A DNA stretch of 63,984 bases, the filler included, from Craspedostauros australis (Eukaryota): assembly GCA_030167865.1 (NCBI GenBank). It is 12 parts of 12 records of this genome, joined end to end, with 100 filler letters (N's around TTAATTAATTAA, not from the genome) between each part and the next. Parts side by side here need not be neighbours in the genome. Positions count along the whole stretch, not along the records: positions 47,470 to 53,204 come from JALAGF010005839.1; positions 53,305 to 62,632 come from JALAGF010005841.1; 10 more parts are not named here. One strand, 5' to 3'. A program made the position numbers and the translations under genes. This document shows, piece after piece, positions 47,601 to 59,298 of this stretch; position 1 is the stretch's first letter; each line of letters begins with the position of its first letter. The notes below the pieces were generated by a model that made no database searches, was not told where the DNA came from, and saw nothing but the letters and a program-made list of their open reading frames with translations.

Positions 47601-49339
47601 CATGGCTGCACGAGGGGCGTTGCGAATGACAGTGACGCTCAACGCATGCGCGCGGAGAAACTAGTGTCCGTTCCGTTGGTCCGTCTGTTTCGACCCCATA
47701 AATAGGCGCCTGTGCTATCCGCGGGAAATACCCCGAGCAATGCACATCGTGACACAAAGAGCTGCAGGGGCATACATGTTGATCGTGCTTCGTTTCCATC
47801 GTTTTGTGTGTGGGACTCAGGCGAACATCGTTCACTTGTTGTGTAACCGCCTTTCGCGTGCTTGCTTCGTGAGGAGGTGCGCATCCAGGGAAACGTGCTC
47901 TCGCCACGCGCGGTACTACACTGTCGCATGGAGCAAACTGTTACCGTTATCATCTCGATGTGCTCCACCGCGACTCCTCACAGACGGACGCGCGTGATGA
48001 CATCAGCAATAAACATCACAGTGAATCACATGAACATTGGAGAGTGAAGGTCGTGTCGCATGTGCTGTCCGGCACCCAATTGCGAGACACACAGTCTCAT
48101 CTGTTCTCTCGCACTACGCCGCGCAACCAATCATTTGCAATTTTGTCACGGTGAACACAGCGGGCGTGCTCATCACTGAGCCAAGACAATTCTGCTCATC
48201 TCGTGTGCGTTGCGATGTTTGTGTTGCAGTTTCAACCACGGGGGATGATTGCGACAGCCAGCTTGTTGCTGTGTGGTCTTTGGGGCGATTTCTCCGTCTT
48301 TCGCCAGTGACTCAAACCGAAGTGAGTGCGTCACGAATTTGGATGCGCTGATGCTGGGCACTGTGGGGCGCCCTGTGTCTTTGCGCCAGCTTACTGTGTG
48401 GATGGCATCCTCCGCCGCTGCCTCCAACTGACAACAGTCGAATCAAGCACTCGTCATGCACACACCTGAAGCGCATTCAACACAGTCGCAACACTGACTC
48501 GAATTGAACTCTGTGATGGCTTGCCCTCGTTTGATGTTGTTCCTGTGATGCAAGAGACATGCGACGGGTGGGGGCTGCCCAAACAGATGCACAGAACACA
48601 TGATAACTAGCCCATCCCTTGTACTAGCAACAAATAGCTACACTGTCAAAACCATGAAACGTGATGACCGTCGATAGCTTCCTGTGTCTGTTGAGTGAAC
48701 GCGTGGTTGGTGTCCTGGTTTGAATAGAGCAAGCAAACAATTGCACTGATGGGGTACACGGGAAAGCGCCATGTTCCGTTGTTTGACGTTGTAAGTACTA
48801 TGTTCTGAGTTTGCATGTCGGACGCACTGGACAAGCATCGTGAGGAATGCAACGCGAATTTCGTGCCCTTGTGGCAACACCCCGAAGAAGGAAGACCGCC
48901 AGACACCAACGCTTGCTGAAGAGAGTCCCACCTTGTCATGCGAAAAACCCAGAGAATCACCAACGAGCACCTGAGCCGCACAGCCAAACAAACGTTGGAC
49001 GGGAGCGGGCTCACCACCTTCGACACCGGACACGAGCACGATAGTGATCACACAACAACGTAGCGCGCATTAATACAGGAACGTGGAGGAATGGCGCTGC
49101 TCCCGGTGCAGAGTGTGACAGTTGATGACACGAAGTTCAGTAGGCTAGTAAGACAACGGACAGCTTGTGGTTGCAGGAGCGCTCTGCGGCATCCAGCGAC
49201 GGTGCGAAAAGGAACTGCTCAGACAAGTACGAAAGTTACGTGAGCAAGGGGAGGGGAGAACACGAATGATGATTGCAAATCAGCCACTTCTTTCCGAAGA
49301 GGGAAAGCAATTGTGTGACTGCATCAATGCTGCGTCGTG

Positions 49340-49993
49340 TCGTGTCGTGGGTCTGGGAGGGGATGTGTTCGCACAGACACAACAGGGTGGACGAGAAAAG
49401 GGGAACATCATTGGCATGTGCGAACAGTGTGCGGCATCGCAACCACGAACGCAAATCAGCGCGACGTCATGTCGACACGGGAAAGGCGTGCTCTAGTAGT
49501 CCCATGAGTGCATGACTCGACAGACCCAAAAGCCGCACAACACGCCCCAAGCGTGAACAAATCAAAAATCGACGCAAAAAGAGACTTTACCGCGCTTCCC
49601 ACGCGTTCGAGAGTTGTTCCGGCACGAAGACATGCACCAGCACGAACAACGAATGCGAAGCAAGGACCCTCTTGAAAAGCAAGGGGCGATTGAGCTGAAG
49701 GGCTGTCACAGCGGAAAGGAGGCAATGTGACGTCGCGTGTCTGGGAATGGGGATGCCTTGGAGCAGACACGAGGGGATGGAAGGAGTGCAAAGTGGACGT
49801 CATTGGCACGTTCACACAGTGTTGGACATCGCCAGGCACGCACATCAACAAGCGCAACATCACGCCGACACGGGAAAGGCGTGCTCTAGTAGTCGCATGA
49901 GTCGATGATCCGAACGAACAAAGCACGGCACAACACGCTTCAAGCGTGAATAAAGTACAAATCGACACATGTGGTGTCTTTACCGCGCTTCCC
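49340..49993 (+). repeat. Diverged direct repeat (~260 bp, two copies ~390 bp apart)
   Basis: Shared blocks gacacgggaaaggcgtgctctagtagtc, gcacaacacgc..caagcgtgaa and tttaccgcgcttccc. Confidence 0.75.
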
Positions 49994-50689
49994 TATCACG
50001 AGGCGGTCGGCGCGGCCTCGAGAAGCAGATGAAATCCGGCAACATCCAAGAGCGCTTTGACTCGCGGACGCTTTGCGATCTGGTCATCAACGCACATCGC
50101 ATGCTCTCTCCGTTGTTCGGCGACCATGTGGATCCATTGTCGGTGTCATGGGTTCGACTCTCACCGGCTATTCGTCAACTGTGGATGATGGCTTTGTTCC
50201 TTCACGCAGCATTTGGCATTTAACACATCGCGATCTTCGCTCTGTTCTTCGCCACGCCCGACGACGAAGGTTTCGGCCAATGGAATCGATGCTTCCAGTT
50301 CCAAGATACCGTACTCATCGACGTTACTATTACATTGGTATGTTCGATCCACAACGCACCACAATCCGAGAAAGTTGAAACAGGTGACTTCTCTATCACC
50401 TCAGCAAAATAGGCGAGCGTGACCACAACGGAGAAACGTTAGAGAAGTACAGAATCAGTAAAAGAGGACACTCTACGTGTCGAATCCTATCATTGGACTC
50501 GTTAGACCATAAATCGGACAGGATTGTGGAAACACGAACAATGACATGGTGACGTGGATCGGTCGATTGGGATTGTTGGAGATCCACAACAACAACAAAC
50601 AACAACACTATTAGAACTAACTCAGAATCCACAGTAGATGATGTTGGTTTGTTGTAACTACGATGTTGGTCTTATTTGAAGTCGACTTA

Positions 50690-50771
50690 TGTCTTCTGTT
50701 GTTGCTGTTGTTGCTGTTTCTGTTGTTGTTGTTCTTGCTGCTGTTGCTGCTGCTGCTGTTGCTGTTGCTGT
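50690..50771 (+). repeat. (GTT/GCT)n trinucleotide microsatellite
   Basis: Direct reading. Confidence 0.85.
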
Positions 50772-51179
50772 CAGCCCACAACCGGTTGTTTTGTTGCTTG
50801 GTTCCTTGTTGAGCCTATCTTTTCGTTTGACTCGTTTGACTCTAGTGCTGTTCCCATCCCGCCGTGACGTCACACTTTCGTCTGGTTTCGCTCCAATAAA
50901 CACCTCACAAATTCACAAGCGGATGGTGCGAAACAAGCACAACGTCACCAACATCAAATCAGCAAGGGAATGCAAGACAAGGGTACCTACGAGTACGATA
51001 CGAAACTTGGTGGTTGATCTCCTTCGCAGAACATGCATGGAGCACGAGCTGTGAGCAATGCAGGGCAACAAACACAATTCCACTTGCTTACTGACCATCC
51101 CCCAAGCCAAAGTCACAGCCACAGCCACAGCCACGCCTCCAGAGCAATCACACACAGCCCCATCCCAATACCACAGACA

Positions 51180-51660
51180 ATGATGAAATTGACCATCTTC
51201 CTGACGATACTCGCGTCATTTCTTTGCGCCTCGCGGGCCTTCGCGCCACCGTCCACGACTCGCAAGTCTCCGACCATCATGTAACGGCATCATCGACGAC
51301 TTCAAGCTGATCTTCAGCGACGAAGGCAAACAGAACCGCGCCAACTACGATCGCCGACAGCGCGAGGAGCAAGAGGCAGCGCAGCGAGAGATTCTGGAAC
51401 GCGATCGCAATCCCGAAAAGATGAAGGATTACGAGCAGCAGGTCATGCAGAAGTGACAGCAGCTTTCGGAGGATCGCAGAGCGTGGGATTTCCAGAACAA
51501 AGTCGGAGGGGAAGGGTACGATCCGCTGTCGGAGTGGAACCGATTGCGCGAGGAAGGCAAGATCACGGTCGGATCGGAGTTGGAGCGCGATGAGTCCAGC
51601 AGCCGGCTGGGCAGCGAAGGGTTGGTCGACGTGCGTGTCGATGAGCGCATGCCATGCAAG
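51180..51660 (+). pseudogene. Disrupted gene for a plastid-targeted hypothetical protein
   Basis: Signal peptide MMKLTIFLTILASFLCASRA|FAP (ASAFAP-like). A frameshift at ~51282 leads into NGIIDDFKLIFSDEGK...; TGA at 51454; continues YDPLSEWNRLREEGKITVG...DERMP. Confidence 0.65.
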
Positions 51661-52670
51661 TCGGCGCGATTGGAGTTGAGGTGGAGTACTCTGGAGAGTA
51701 GCGAAGATGCGAGCAACGAATGCGTTGAAAGGTAGTGTTTGAAGAATGGACCAAACGCTTTGATTGCCGGTGATTCCAAACTTGCATGCACGCCCTTCCG
51801 GTGATAATGCTCGTGACATTGCTGACTCGTATGGTGCACGTCTTGTTCTCGTTTCTCGATTTGTTTTCTCCTCACTTTATGTGTTGAAAATGAGGTTCCG
51901 AACTATTGTACAATACGACTATGAACGAATACTGCAGACATCGATCCAGGATACGTCGACGACAACGCTGATTCTATGGAAAGCATAAGGATTTTCCAGG
52001 GTTGCCGTCATCGTTGGTTGTTGCGAAATGCGATGAGTTTGATTTTGCTGCGAGCTATCACAGAATCCACTCTGCGCTCTGGATGATGGCGTCGCGGCGA
52101 CTCAAGGTGCTAGTTTCTCATGTCTGCGTTCCATTCAATTGCGAAACTCTGTGATTGTTTCTCACGTCCCCGCCGCCACGATTGTCATCTTAGCCCATCA
52201 TCGTCCTCGTTGCGGTCGTCGTCGCAACCAAATGGCGACGAGCAGTTCATGGACATCATTAGAAACAAGAAGAACAAGGACAAGGGCAGGAAATGAAGCA
52301 GCGACGGCTATAGCAGCAGTTGCTGCAGCAATGTACGAGTGCGTCGGTAGAGTAGAACATGATTTATCAAAGAATGAATATTGCATGTTATGTACATAAT
52401 ATGCGAGCTCTGATTGCGTCATCTTGGCTTGTAATCCATCCTTTTCTATTGAGCGTTGGTGTCGATCAGAACAATACTACTCGTAGCATGTACATAGGAG
52501 GAGGTTGAAGCAGGACGGACGCACGAATCTCAGAAGGAAACAAATTGCCAACATGAAGTGGGTCGGCGAGAAAATGCTTCGATGTTGTGGAAGCAAAAGA
52601 GAATAGTGCGTCATATGATTATACATCGCATTCTGCATGCTAGTGTTACGACGAAGACCCCTTGCATCCA

Positions 52671-53204
52671 TCAGCCCTCCAACTTTACAACGCTCGATCG
52701 ATTGCAACGCCGTTGACTATTGTGCCAATTGAGGTAGACGTTCCATGTGCTGCCGACGGCGGCCGTGTACAGCACGCGATAGGCAGGCGCGATGAAGGTG
52801 AAATTGAAGGAATTGACGACGGGCCAGAACACGCATCCTGCCATGAGGGCTTCGGGCACCTTAGTTTGGGTGCGCTGCGCGACTGCCTGCGATAGCGTCG
52901 TCGTCGTCGCCGTCATCGTGGATGACTGCGTCTGCGTCTGCGTCGGCAACAAGGCATCATGGAAATAATGCGTCACGGCCAAGTACGTGAACAGCGCCAG
53001 TAGGTACGGCGGAAAGACGAAGACCTGACCGCCCATGGTCTTCTTGAGAACGGCCCGCATCTGTTGCGACGACGTCGCCGATGGTGGTGGCAACGGAAAG
53101 TACTTGTCCAGCATGATGAATCCAAAGTGCAAGAAAGGTCCGTGCAGCAGCAATCCGGCCGCCGTCCATTGAATCGTCCGGAATTGGTCCAATGATTGCA
53201 ATTG
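52671..53204 (-). CDS. Mpv17/PMP22 family membrane protein, 5'-truncated
   Basis: GLLLHGPFLHFGF..LDK, VLKKT..GQ.FVFPP, FWPVVNSFNFTFIAPAYRVLY...W.VYL. Confidence 0.88.
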   Translation of the reverse strand, partial: QLQSLDQFRTIQWTAAGLLLHGPFLHFGFIMLDKYFPLPPPSATSSQQMRAVLKKTMGGQVFVFPPYLLALFTYLAVTHYFHDALLPTQTQTQSSTMTATTTTLSQAVAQRTQTKVPEALMAGCVFWPVVNSFNFTFIAPAYRVLYTAAVGSTWNVYLNWHNSQRRCNRSSVVKLEG

Positions 53205-53385
53205 NNNNNNNNNNNNNNNNNNNNNNNNNNNNNNNNNNNNNNNNNNNNTTAATTAATTAANNNNNNNNNNNNNNNNNNNNNNNNNNNNNNNNNNNNNNNN
53301 NNNNGCGATACCGTTCGGTCACTGTGTGTACTGTGTTGGTCATATGTGCATACAAAAGGTCAAGCATACTTGATTGTAACAACCC

Positions 53386-53988
53386 CACAACTCCAAGCAC
53401 ACTCCATGGGGTACAGCCACGAAGTTTGAGGTCTTGGATCCTTCTGGAAGGTACTCATACCGATGGATCTGGATATCATGGCGTCTTGTGTGTGGCAGTA
53501 CTGTGAGCTACGCATCAAACGACATCTTGATCTGTAGATTTAAGTCCTTCCCACATGGATCTATCACTTTGAACTCAATATTCGTACACTTTGGAGGAGA
53601 TTCGGAGTCATCGAAGTGTTGGATTGGAGTATGATTGACATTTTGTATGCACACATGCTCAGAACGTTGTACAGCGCAATGCGTACCGTTCAGTACTGCT
53701 TGGTATCAGCATCCATAGAATTGGATCCCTTCTAAACTGATCTAGGACTTCAAACTGGGTGACCGCACTTTTTGGAGTGTGCTTGGAGTTGTCCAGTTGA
53801 TTGAATCTCTGAAAGCGGCCTGTGCAATGCATTGGTATGCATAATGCTGTACAAGGTGATGCGTACCGTGCAGTCTTGTCCAATGCAGAACTGCGTGATA
53901 TCAGCATCCATATATTTCGATAACTTCCAGACGGATCTAACACTGCAGGCTCCATGGTCGTACTCTTGGGAGTGTGCTTGGAGTGGTG
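53386..53988. repeat. Three diverged copies of a ~120-135 bp unit (one forward, two inverted)
   Basis: actccaagcacactcc...gatc..tctggaag...atggat..gata...tacgcat at 53386-53518 (+), 53676-53793 (-) and 53856-53988 (-). Confidence 0.75.
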
Positions 53989-53989
53989 C

Positions 53990-55760
53990 GGTTGGTATCA
54001 ATCTACATTGGTTGAAGCTCAAAGACTTCAACAACAACATCAAGAAGCTGAACAACCACGTTCGCAACCAAGTCTTCACTCTCCAGTCCAAAGGCGAAAC
54101 ACTTGGCTGCAAAGTCACCTTTGCACTCATCACTGTATAAAACACATCATACAATGAGGAGTTTGTCAGCCGCATCCAGCGCTGCAGCGACTGCGGTACT
54201 CCAGACTACATCAGTCTCATGAATACTGCTGAGACCAAGTACCAGAGCGTGGTCAATGCCAGCACATGGAACTGCCTTTCTTGCGACAAGCAGCTCCTTG
54301 CTCTCTGAGCCAAGACGAAGCAGCTCAAATTGTCACTCACCAAATCATCCAGCAAGCAAGCAAACAACAAGAATGACAACCAAGGGACAGCTTACCACAA
54401 GGCAGCAACCACCCTCTTGCCAATCAAGATCCACCAAAGGGCAACAACCCCAGGCACTTTTCCATCAGGGAACCACCTTCCACTGGTGTGACAACCACAA
54501 GGCATGGGGCAAGGACAAGACATCCAACTGTCACACCTGATCTGGCAAGCATGCTGAATCCTCCAGGAAGAAGTGCTTGTATGACAAGAAATCGTCCTCA
54601 TCCAAATCCGCCAAGGTACACACCAAGTCAGCTCCTCACGTCCACTTCGACGACGGCAATGGAAACTTCAACAGTAGTCAGCATTCCGCTCCCAGCAATG
54701 GAAACATCAGCGAGAACTGACATGTCAGCACGCCCATCCAGTCAACGTTATCAGTCACAGAACTGCAAGGCACCTCTGCGATGCAGATGGCATTGCATTG
54801 GATGGGTGATGTGCCAATCGGAATCGACACTTGCATGTTGGCCACAGTCTCTGGACAATGCGGCAACTTCAACAACAATCTTCAACCTATCCATGGTATG
54901 ACCATACAAGGGGTTGGAGGGTCCATCCCCATCCAATCCAAGGGCACACTGTCATGGACAATACTTGACAATGATGGCAGGCCACTGCGGATTAAGATAT
55001 CCAATGCTTACTACGCGCCACGGCTTCGCATCCATCTGTTCTGTCTGCAGCAATGGTCTGACCAAGGTCCTCGCAATCACCACTGCAGGCACCTGCGTAC
55101 CTGCACGACATACGGCAACTACACTGTCCTGCGCTCCTCACGTCGCAAGGTCACAGTATATCATCATCCAGGCATCAACCTGCCTTTGACGTCTGTCGCC
55201 AACACCAAGTGACATGCGCCAGCATTCCTTGCTACTTCCAGTCCTCCAAGCAACTCTGAACTTCTCAACATCAACAATGTCCCCGATGACATGATGGAGG
55301 TTCACGAAGATCCCAAGCTCGCCAATTTGAGGCCCGATACTCTCCAAGACAACAACACACTGGTCCGTGATCAGTTGGCAACACATCCTGTTGGTGCGTC
55401 TGACGCACAAGGACAGCTACTCCGGTGGCATCATCACTTGGGACACCTACCCTTCCGTGTCTTGCGCAACATGGCGTCACACAGCATCATACCACGACAC
55501 TTGGCCAAGGCCGAGTTCCCTCTCTGCTCTGGGTGCATCTATGGCAAAGCCGTCCGTCGGTGCAGGCCAAACCATATCATGCACGTTGTCAAACGAGCGC
55601 GATTCCCAGGGCATATAGTGTCAGTCGACCAGATCGTCTCTCGCCAGCCNNNNNNNNNNNNNNNNNNNNNNNNNNNNNNNNNNNNNNNNNNNNNNNNNNC
55701 ATATAGTGTCAGTCGACCAGATCGTCTCTCGCCAGCCTGGGGTGCTTCCGCAGCAAAACG
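53990..55760 (+). mobile_element. Degenerate copia fragment (gag C-terminus, protease, integrase N-terminus)
   Basis: FHWCDNHKAWG..C, IGIDTC..ATVSG, LLRWHHHLGHLPF, CSGCIYGKA, PGHIVSVDQIVSRQPG. Many stops and frameshifts. Confidence 0.8.
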
Positions 55761-57983
55761 GCACGCACACCTGGTCGCGATACGAGCCCCTCGAGCGAGT
55801 CGACCAACTGTTTGAAATGAACTTCCATACTTTTTTCCTCCGATTTAAAACTAAGCATATACTCGCAATCCTTATAGATCTAAAACATATACTGATCCAT
55901 TTTGGTTCTGCTATTGCTCCTATTTTATGTTTTATGGACCGATGGATGTGCATATTTTCCGATCTCTTTCGGGTTTCAGCCTTTTGCCTACGACTACTTC
56001 GATCCAACTTAACCCTTTGCTGTTCTTCGTTTCAGCAAGTTTGTTCCGATTTTGAATTGTTTAGTTTCTTTTGAGGCGTTCTGATCAGACCAACCAACCC
56101 CTCGTCCACCATAACACTAGTTGTAGAGTCCTGGGAGAAGCGGCGGGTGCGCGTTTGCATCCATTCTATCCAGTGTTTGCATGATCCGTGATCTACGTCA
56201 CCCAACTGGCTGCTGCGTCATGAACCACCAATCACAGCACGATGTGAATCATCATCAGCTGCGTTTCGTCGTGACGGAATGGTCGAGTTGCGTTGGTACT
56301 CTCGAAGTGTTTTGTGTCAGGCTTCTTTCGTACATTCGGTACAATTGTTGGTTGTTACCGCACCCCCCAAGATGTGACGCCGGTCGGGAGCGCAAAACTC
56401 GACACAACCACATGACGATGGTGGAAAACAAAAAAAAATCCACAACGGCCGTCCAACGGCATCCTCGGCGCCGCACCAACAAGCGGTCCACCGACAAATC
56501 CAAGCACATCGCCGTCACCGCCATGCAACCCTTGGTGGGTGGACGAGCGGAGGCTGCGAGAGCGGTTGATTTGGGGCCGCCGCAGGCCTCCGCGCAAACG
56601 TCTCAAGATTGCGGCAAATTGGCTCGTTGGATGTAGCCTGTGTACTCCATGCACAGGCCACACCAACACCTACAAATGGGCAAGGCACATCCAAGAGGGC
56701 ATCGCCAACGCGCCCACAAAGTCTCAGGCTCGGGGAGGCCCAGGAAGGCATCCGCGCGGAGGAATCAGTGGAGGGCAAGAGTTTTGTTGGGTGGATCGTG
56801 GCGAACCTGCCATGTGACTTTGGCAGTGAGGGGGCAGCATCATCAAGCTGCCCAATCTCCAAGTCACCCATACAAGCCCCGTGCGTCATCGCCTGAAGAT
56901 GCACGTCGCGAAGTTTGGGCTGCTCCAATGGTCTGGAAGAGGCTGCGGCATGGAATGAGTGCCAACAGGTCTTTTTTTTGTGGGCCACCCCAAAACAACA
57001 GTGGCATCACCAAATGGAGGTGTACCATCGGGACCATCCATGCCCAGCCCCCTCTGGATGCATTGTCGTGTTGCCAGGGAGTGTGGGTATGCACGAGGGG
57101 CACGTGGAGAGGATGAAAGGGTCATGTGGATGAGGTATGGATCTGTATCCATGCCACAACCGGCTTGCAAATCGTTTTTCGAAATTGCTCTTTTCAGTGT
57201 ATTGACACATTTGGATATGCAATGTGGCAGAAACGTTCTGTCCTTCATGGGGTGGATAGATGGGGAGTATACAGAGCGAATGGTATGCACAGTTTGTCAA
57301 TATAACAAGATGATGATGATGATCATGGGTGCTGAGGGGAGGGCAACATTGCTTGTTCAAATTTTTCAATCCACCACGCAACTGTGTGGTGGGCCAACAT
57401 GAAATTAAAAATAGCTTCTATGTCAATTTAACTTCAATATTCTGAATAAACGATAGTCAGGCGTATGAATGCACTGTTTAGATTTGATTGTAAACGATGT
57501 GTTGTTGATATATAGCATGATAAGCAGATATTTGGATGGTTTTGGGGTGGGCTCTAGATAGTCTACGTATCACGACCCATNNNNNNNNNNNNNNNNNNNN
57601 NNNNNNNNNNNNNNNNNNNNNNNNNNNNNNAGCGAATGGTATGCACAGTTTGTCAATATAACAAGATGATGATGATGATCATGGGTGCTGAGGGGAGGGC
57701 AACATTGCTTGTTCAAATTTTTCAATCCACCACGCAACTGTGTGGTGGGCCAACATGAAATTAAAAATAGCTTCTATGTCAATTTAACTTCAATATTCTG
57801 ANTAAANGATAGTCAGGCGTATGAATGCACTGTTTAGATTTGATTGTAAACNATGTGTTGTTGATATATAGCATGATAAGCAGATATTTGGATGGTTTTG
57901 GGGTGGGCTCTAGATAGTCTACGTATCACGACCCATCACCCACAAAACTCCACAACTCGTGTTATCGCGTCGAAGCACCCCCA

Positions 57984-58955
57984 TCACAAAATTTTCGTCT
58001 CATCATCCCACACAGCCTCACTTTCTGTGTTGGCCTTCATTGTGTGAGCATCACACCACCTCTGATTCTCCAATTGCTCTTCTTCTCTCTGCAACTCCTC
58101 TTCTCTCTGCTCTTCCTCTGTTNNNNCTGGTGCATTGTGGATTGCCACAATTGCNGATGCTGCTGTTGCTTTGTTTGTTGTGTTGGTTTCTGTCTTGGTG
58201 AGCACAGCCTCCTGGTTTTGTTTGCGTTGCTTGGCACTGTACGCTGCAAACAGCGACGCTTTCACGCGCATGGGATTTGCATGCAGTTGTACGTACCAGT
58301 CAGTTTTGGTCCTGTTGTCGTCCATCAATTGCTCGTGTGCTTCGTGTTCGGATGGTCTGTTTTTCGGGTCCTTCGCGGACGCTTCACTGATGTCCTTCAA
58401 TNNNNNNNNNNNNNNNNNNNNNNNNNNNNNNNNNNNNNNNNNNNNNNNNNNCTCTCTCTGCAACTCCTCTTCTCTCTGCTCCTCCTCTGTTGCAGCTGGT
58501 GCATTGGAGGTTGCCACGATTATGGATGTTGTTGCGTTGCTTGTTGGGTTGGTGTTGGTGCTGGTTTCCATCTTGATGAGAGCAGCCTCCTTCTTTTCCT
58601 TGCGTTGTTTGGCGTTGTACGCTGCCGACAGTGAAGCTTTCACACGCATCGGGTTAGCGTGCAGTTGTACGTACCAGTCAGTTTTGGCNNNNNNNNNNNN
58701 NNNNNNNNNNNNNNNNNNNNNNNNNNNNNNNNNNNNNNNNNNNNNNNNNNNNNNNNNNNNNNNNNNNNNNNNNNNNNNNNNNNNNNNNNNNTAGTCTGGT
58801 AGTTTCGCGTTGATCCGTGTGGTTTTGCTCGCCCAGCCTGGCACTGCGAGTGGTGGGTGTTCAGTTTCGGCGGTCTGGTCTTGTAGTGCTGTGGTGTGAT
58901 CGGGGACACCCGGCAAGTGCATCGAATACTTCAGTTTACGACTAGTACGACTCAA
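57984..58955 (-). CDS. Hypothetical protein with a duplicated ~120-aa module
   Basis: KTDWYVQLHANPMRVKASLxAAYxAKQRK...TEEEQREEELQRE occurs twice with substitutions. Gapped. Confidence 0.4.
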   Translation of the reverse strand: MSRTSRKLKYSMHLPGVPDHTTALQDQTAETEHPPLAVPGWASKTTRINAKLPDXXXXXXXXXXXXXXXXXXXXXXXXXXXXXXXXXXXAKTDWYVQLHANPMRVKASLSAAYNAKQRKEKKEAALIKMETSTNTNPTSNATTSIIVATSNAPAATEEEQREEELQREXXXXXXXXXXXXXXXXXLKDISEASAKDPKNRPSEHEAHEQLMDDNRTKTDWYVQLHANPMRVKASLFAAYSAKQRKQNQEAVLTKTETNTTNKATAAXAIVAIHNAPXXTEEEQREEELQREEEQLENQRWCDAHTMKANTESEAVWDDETKIL

Positions 58956-59140
58956 AAGTGCTTTTTGTCATTTGTTGTGTTTCTTCGCTGTTTGTGAATG
59001 TTGAGCAAGCAAATGTCGCAGCGACGTCTTGGTTTGATTAATTGATATTAATAGTTTATCAATAGGTGTTACTCGGACAAATTTAGTCATTGCTTCTGTT
59101 TGGTTGAAGTGTCATCGAGTCCCGTCGAACCTGCTTCCTT

Positions 59141-59298
59141 TTGCAAAAAATGCATTTGCAGTGCATTTAATGCAATTGGGGTTCAAAAAATGCATTTGAA
59201 GTGCATTAAATGCAATTGGAGTGCATTAAATGCAAATGGAGTGCATTAAATGCATTTGGAGTGCAAAAAATGCATTTGAAGTGCATTAAATGCACTTC
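59141..59298. repeat. 20-bp palindromic tandem repeat (GTGCATTAAATGCAATTGGA), ~8 units
   Basis: Direct reading. TGCA recurs at alternating 9- and 11-bp spacing. Confidence 0.88.

Noticed and set aside
59141..59298. CRISPR-like palindromic repeats
   Set aside because: Units are contiguous with no unique spacers, there are no cas genes, and the context is eukaryotic.
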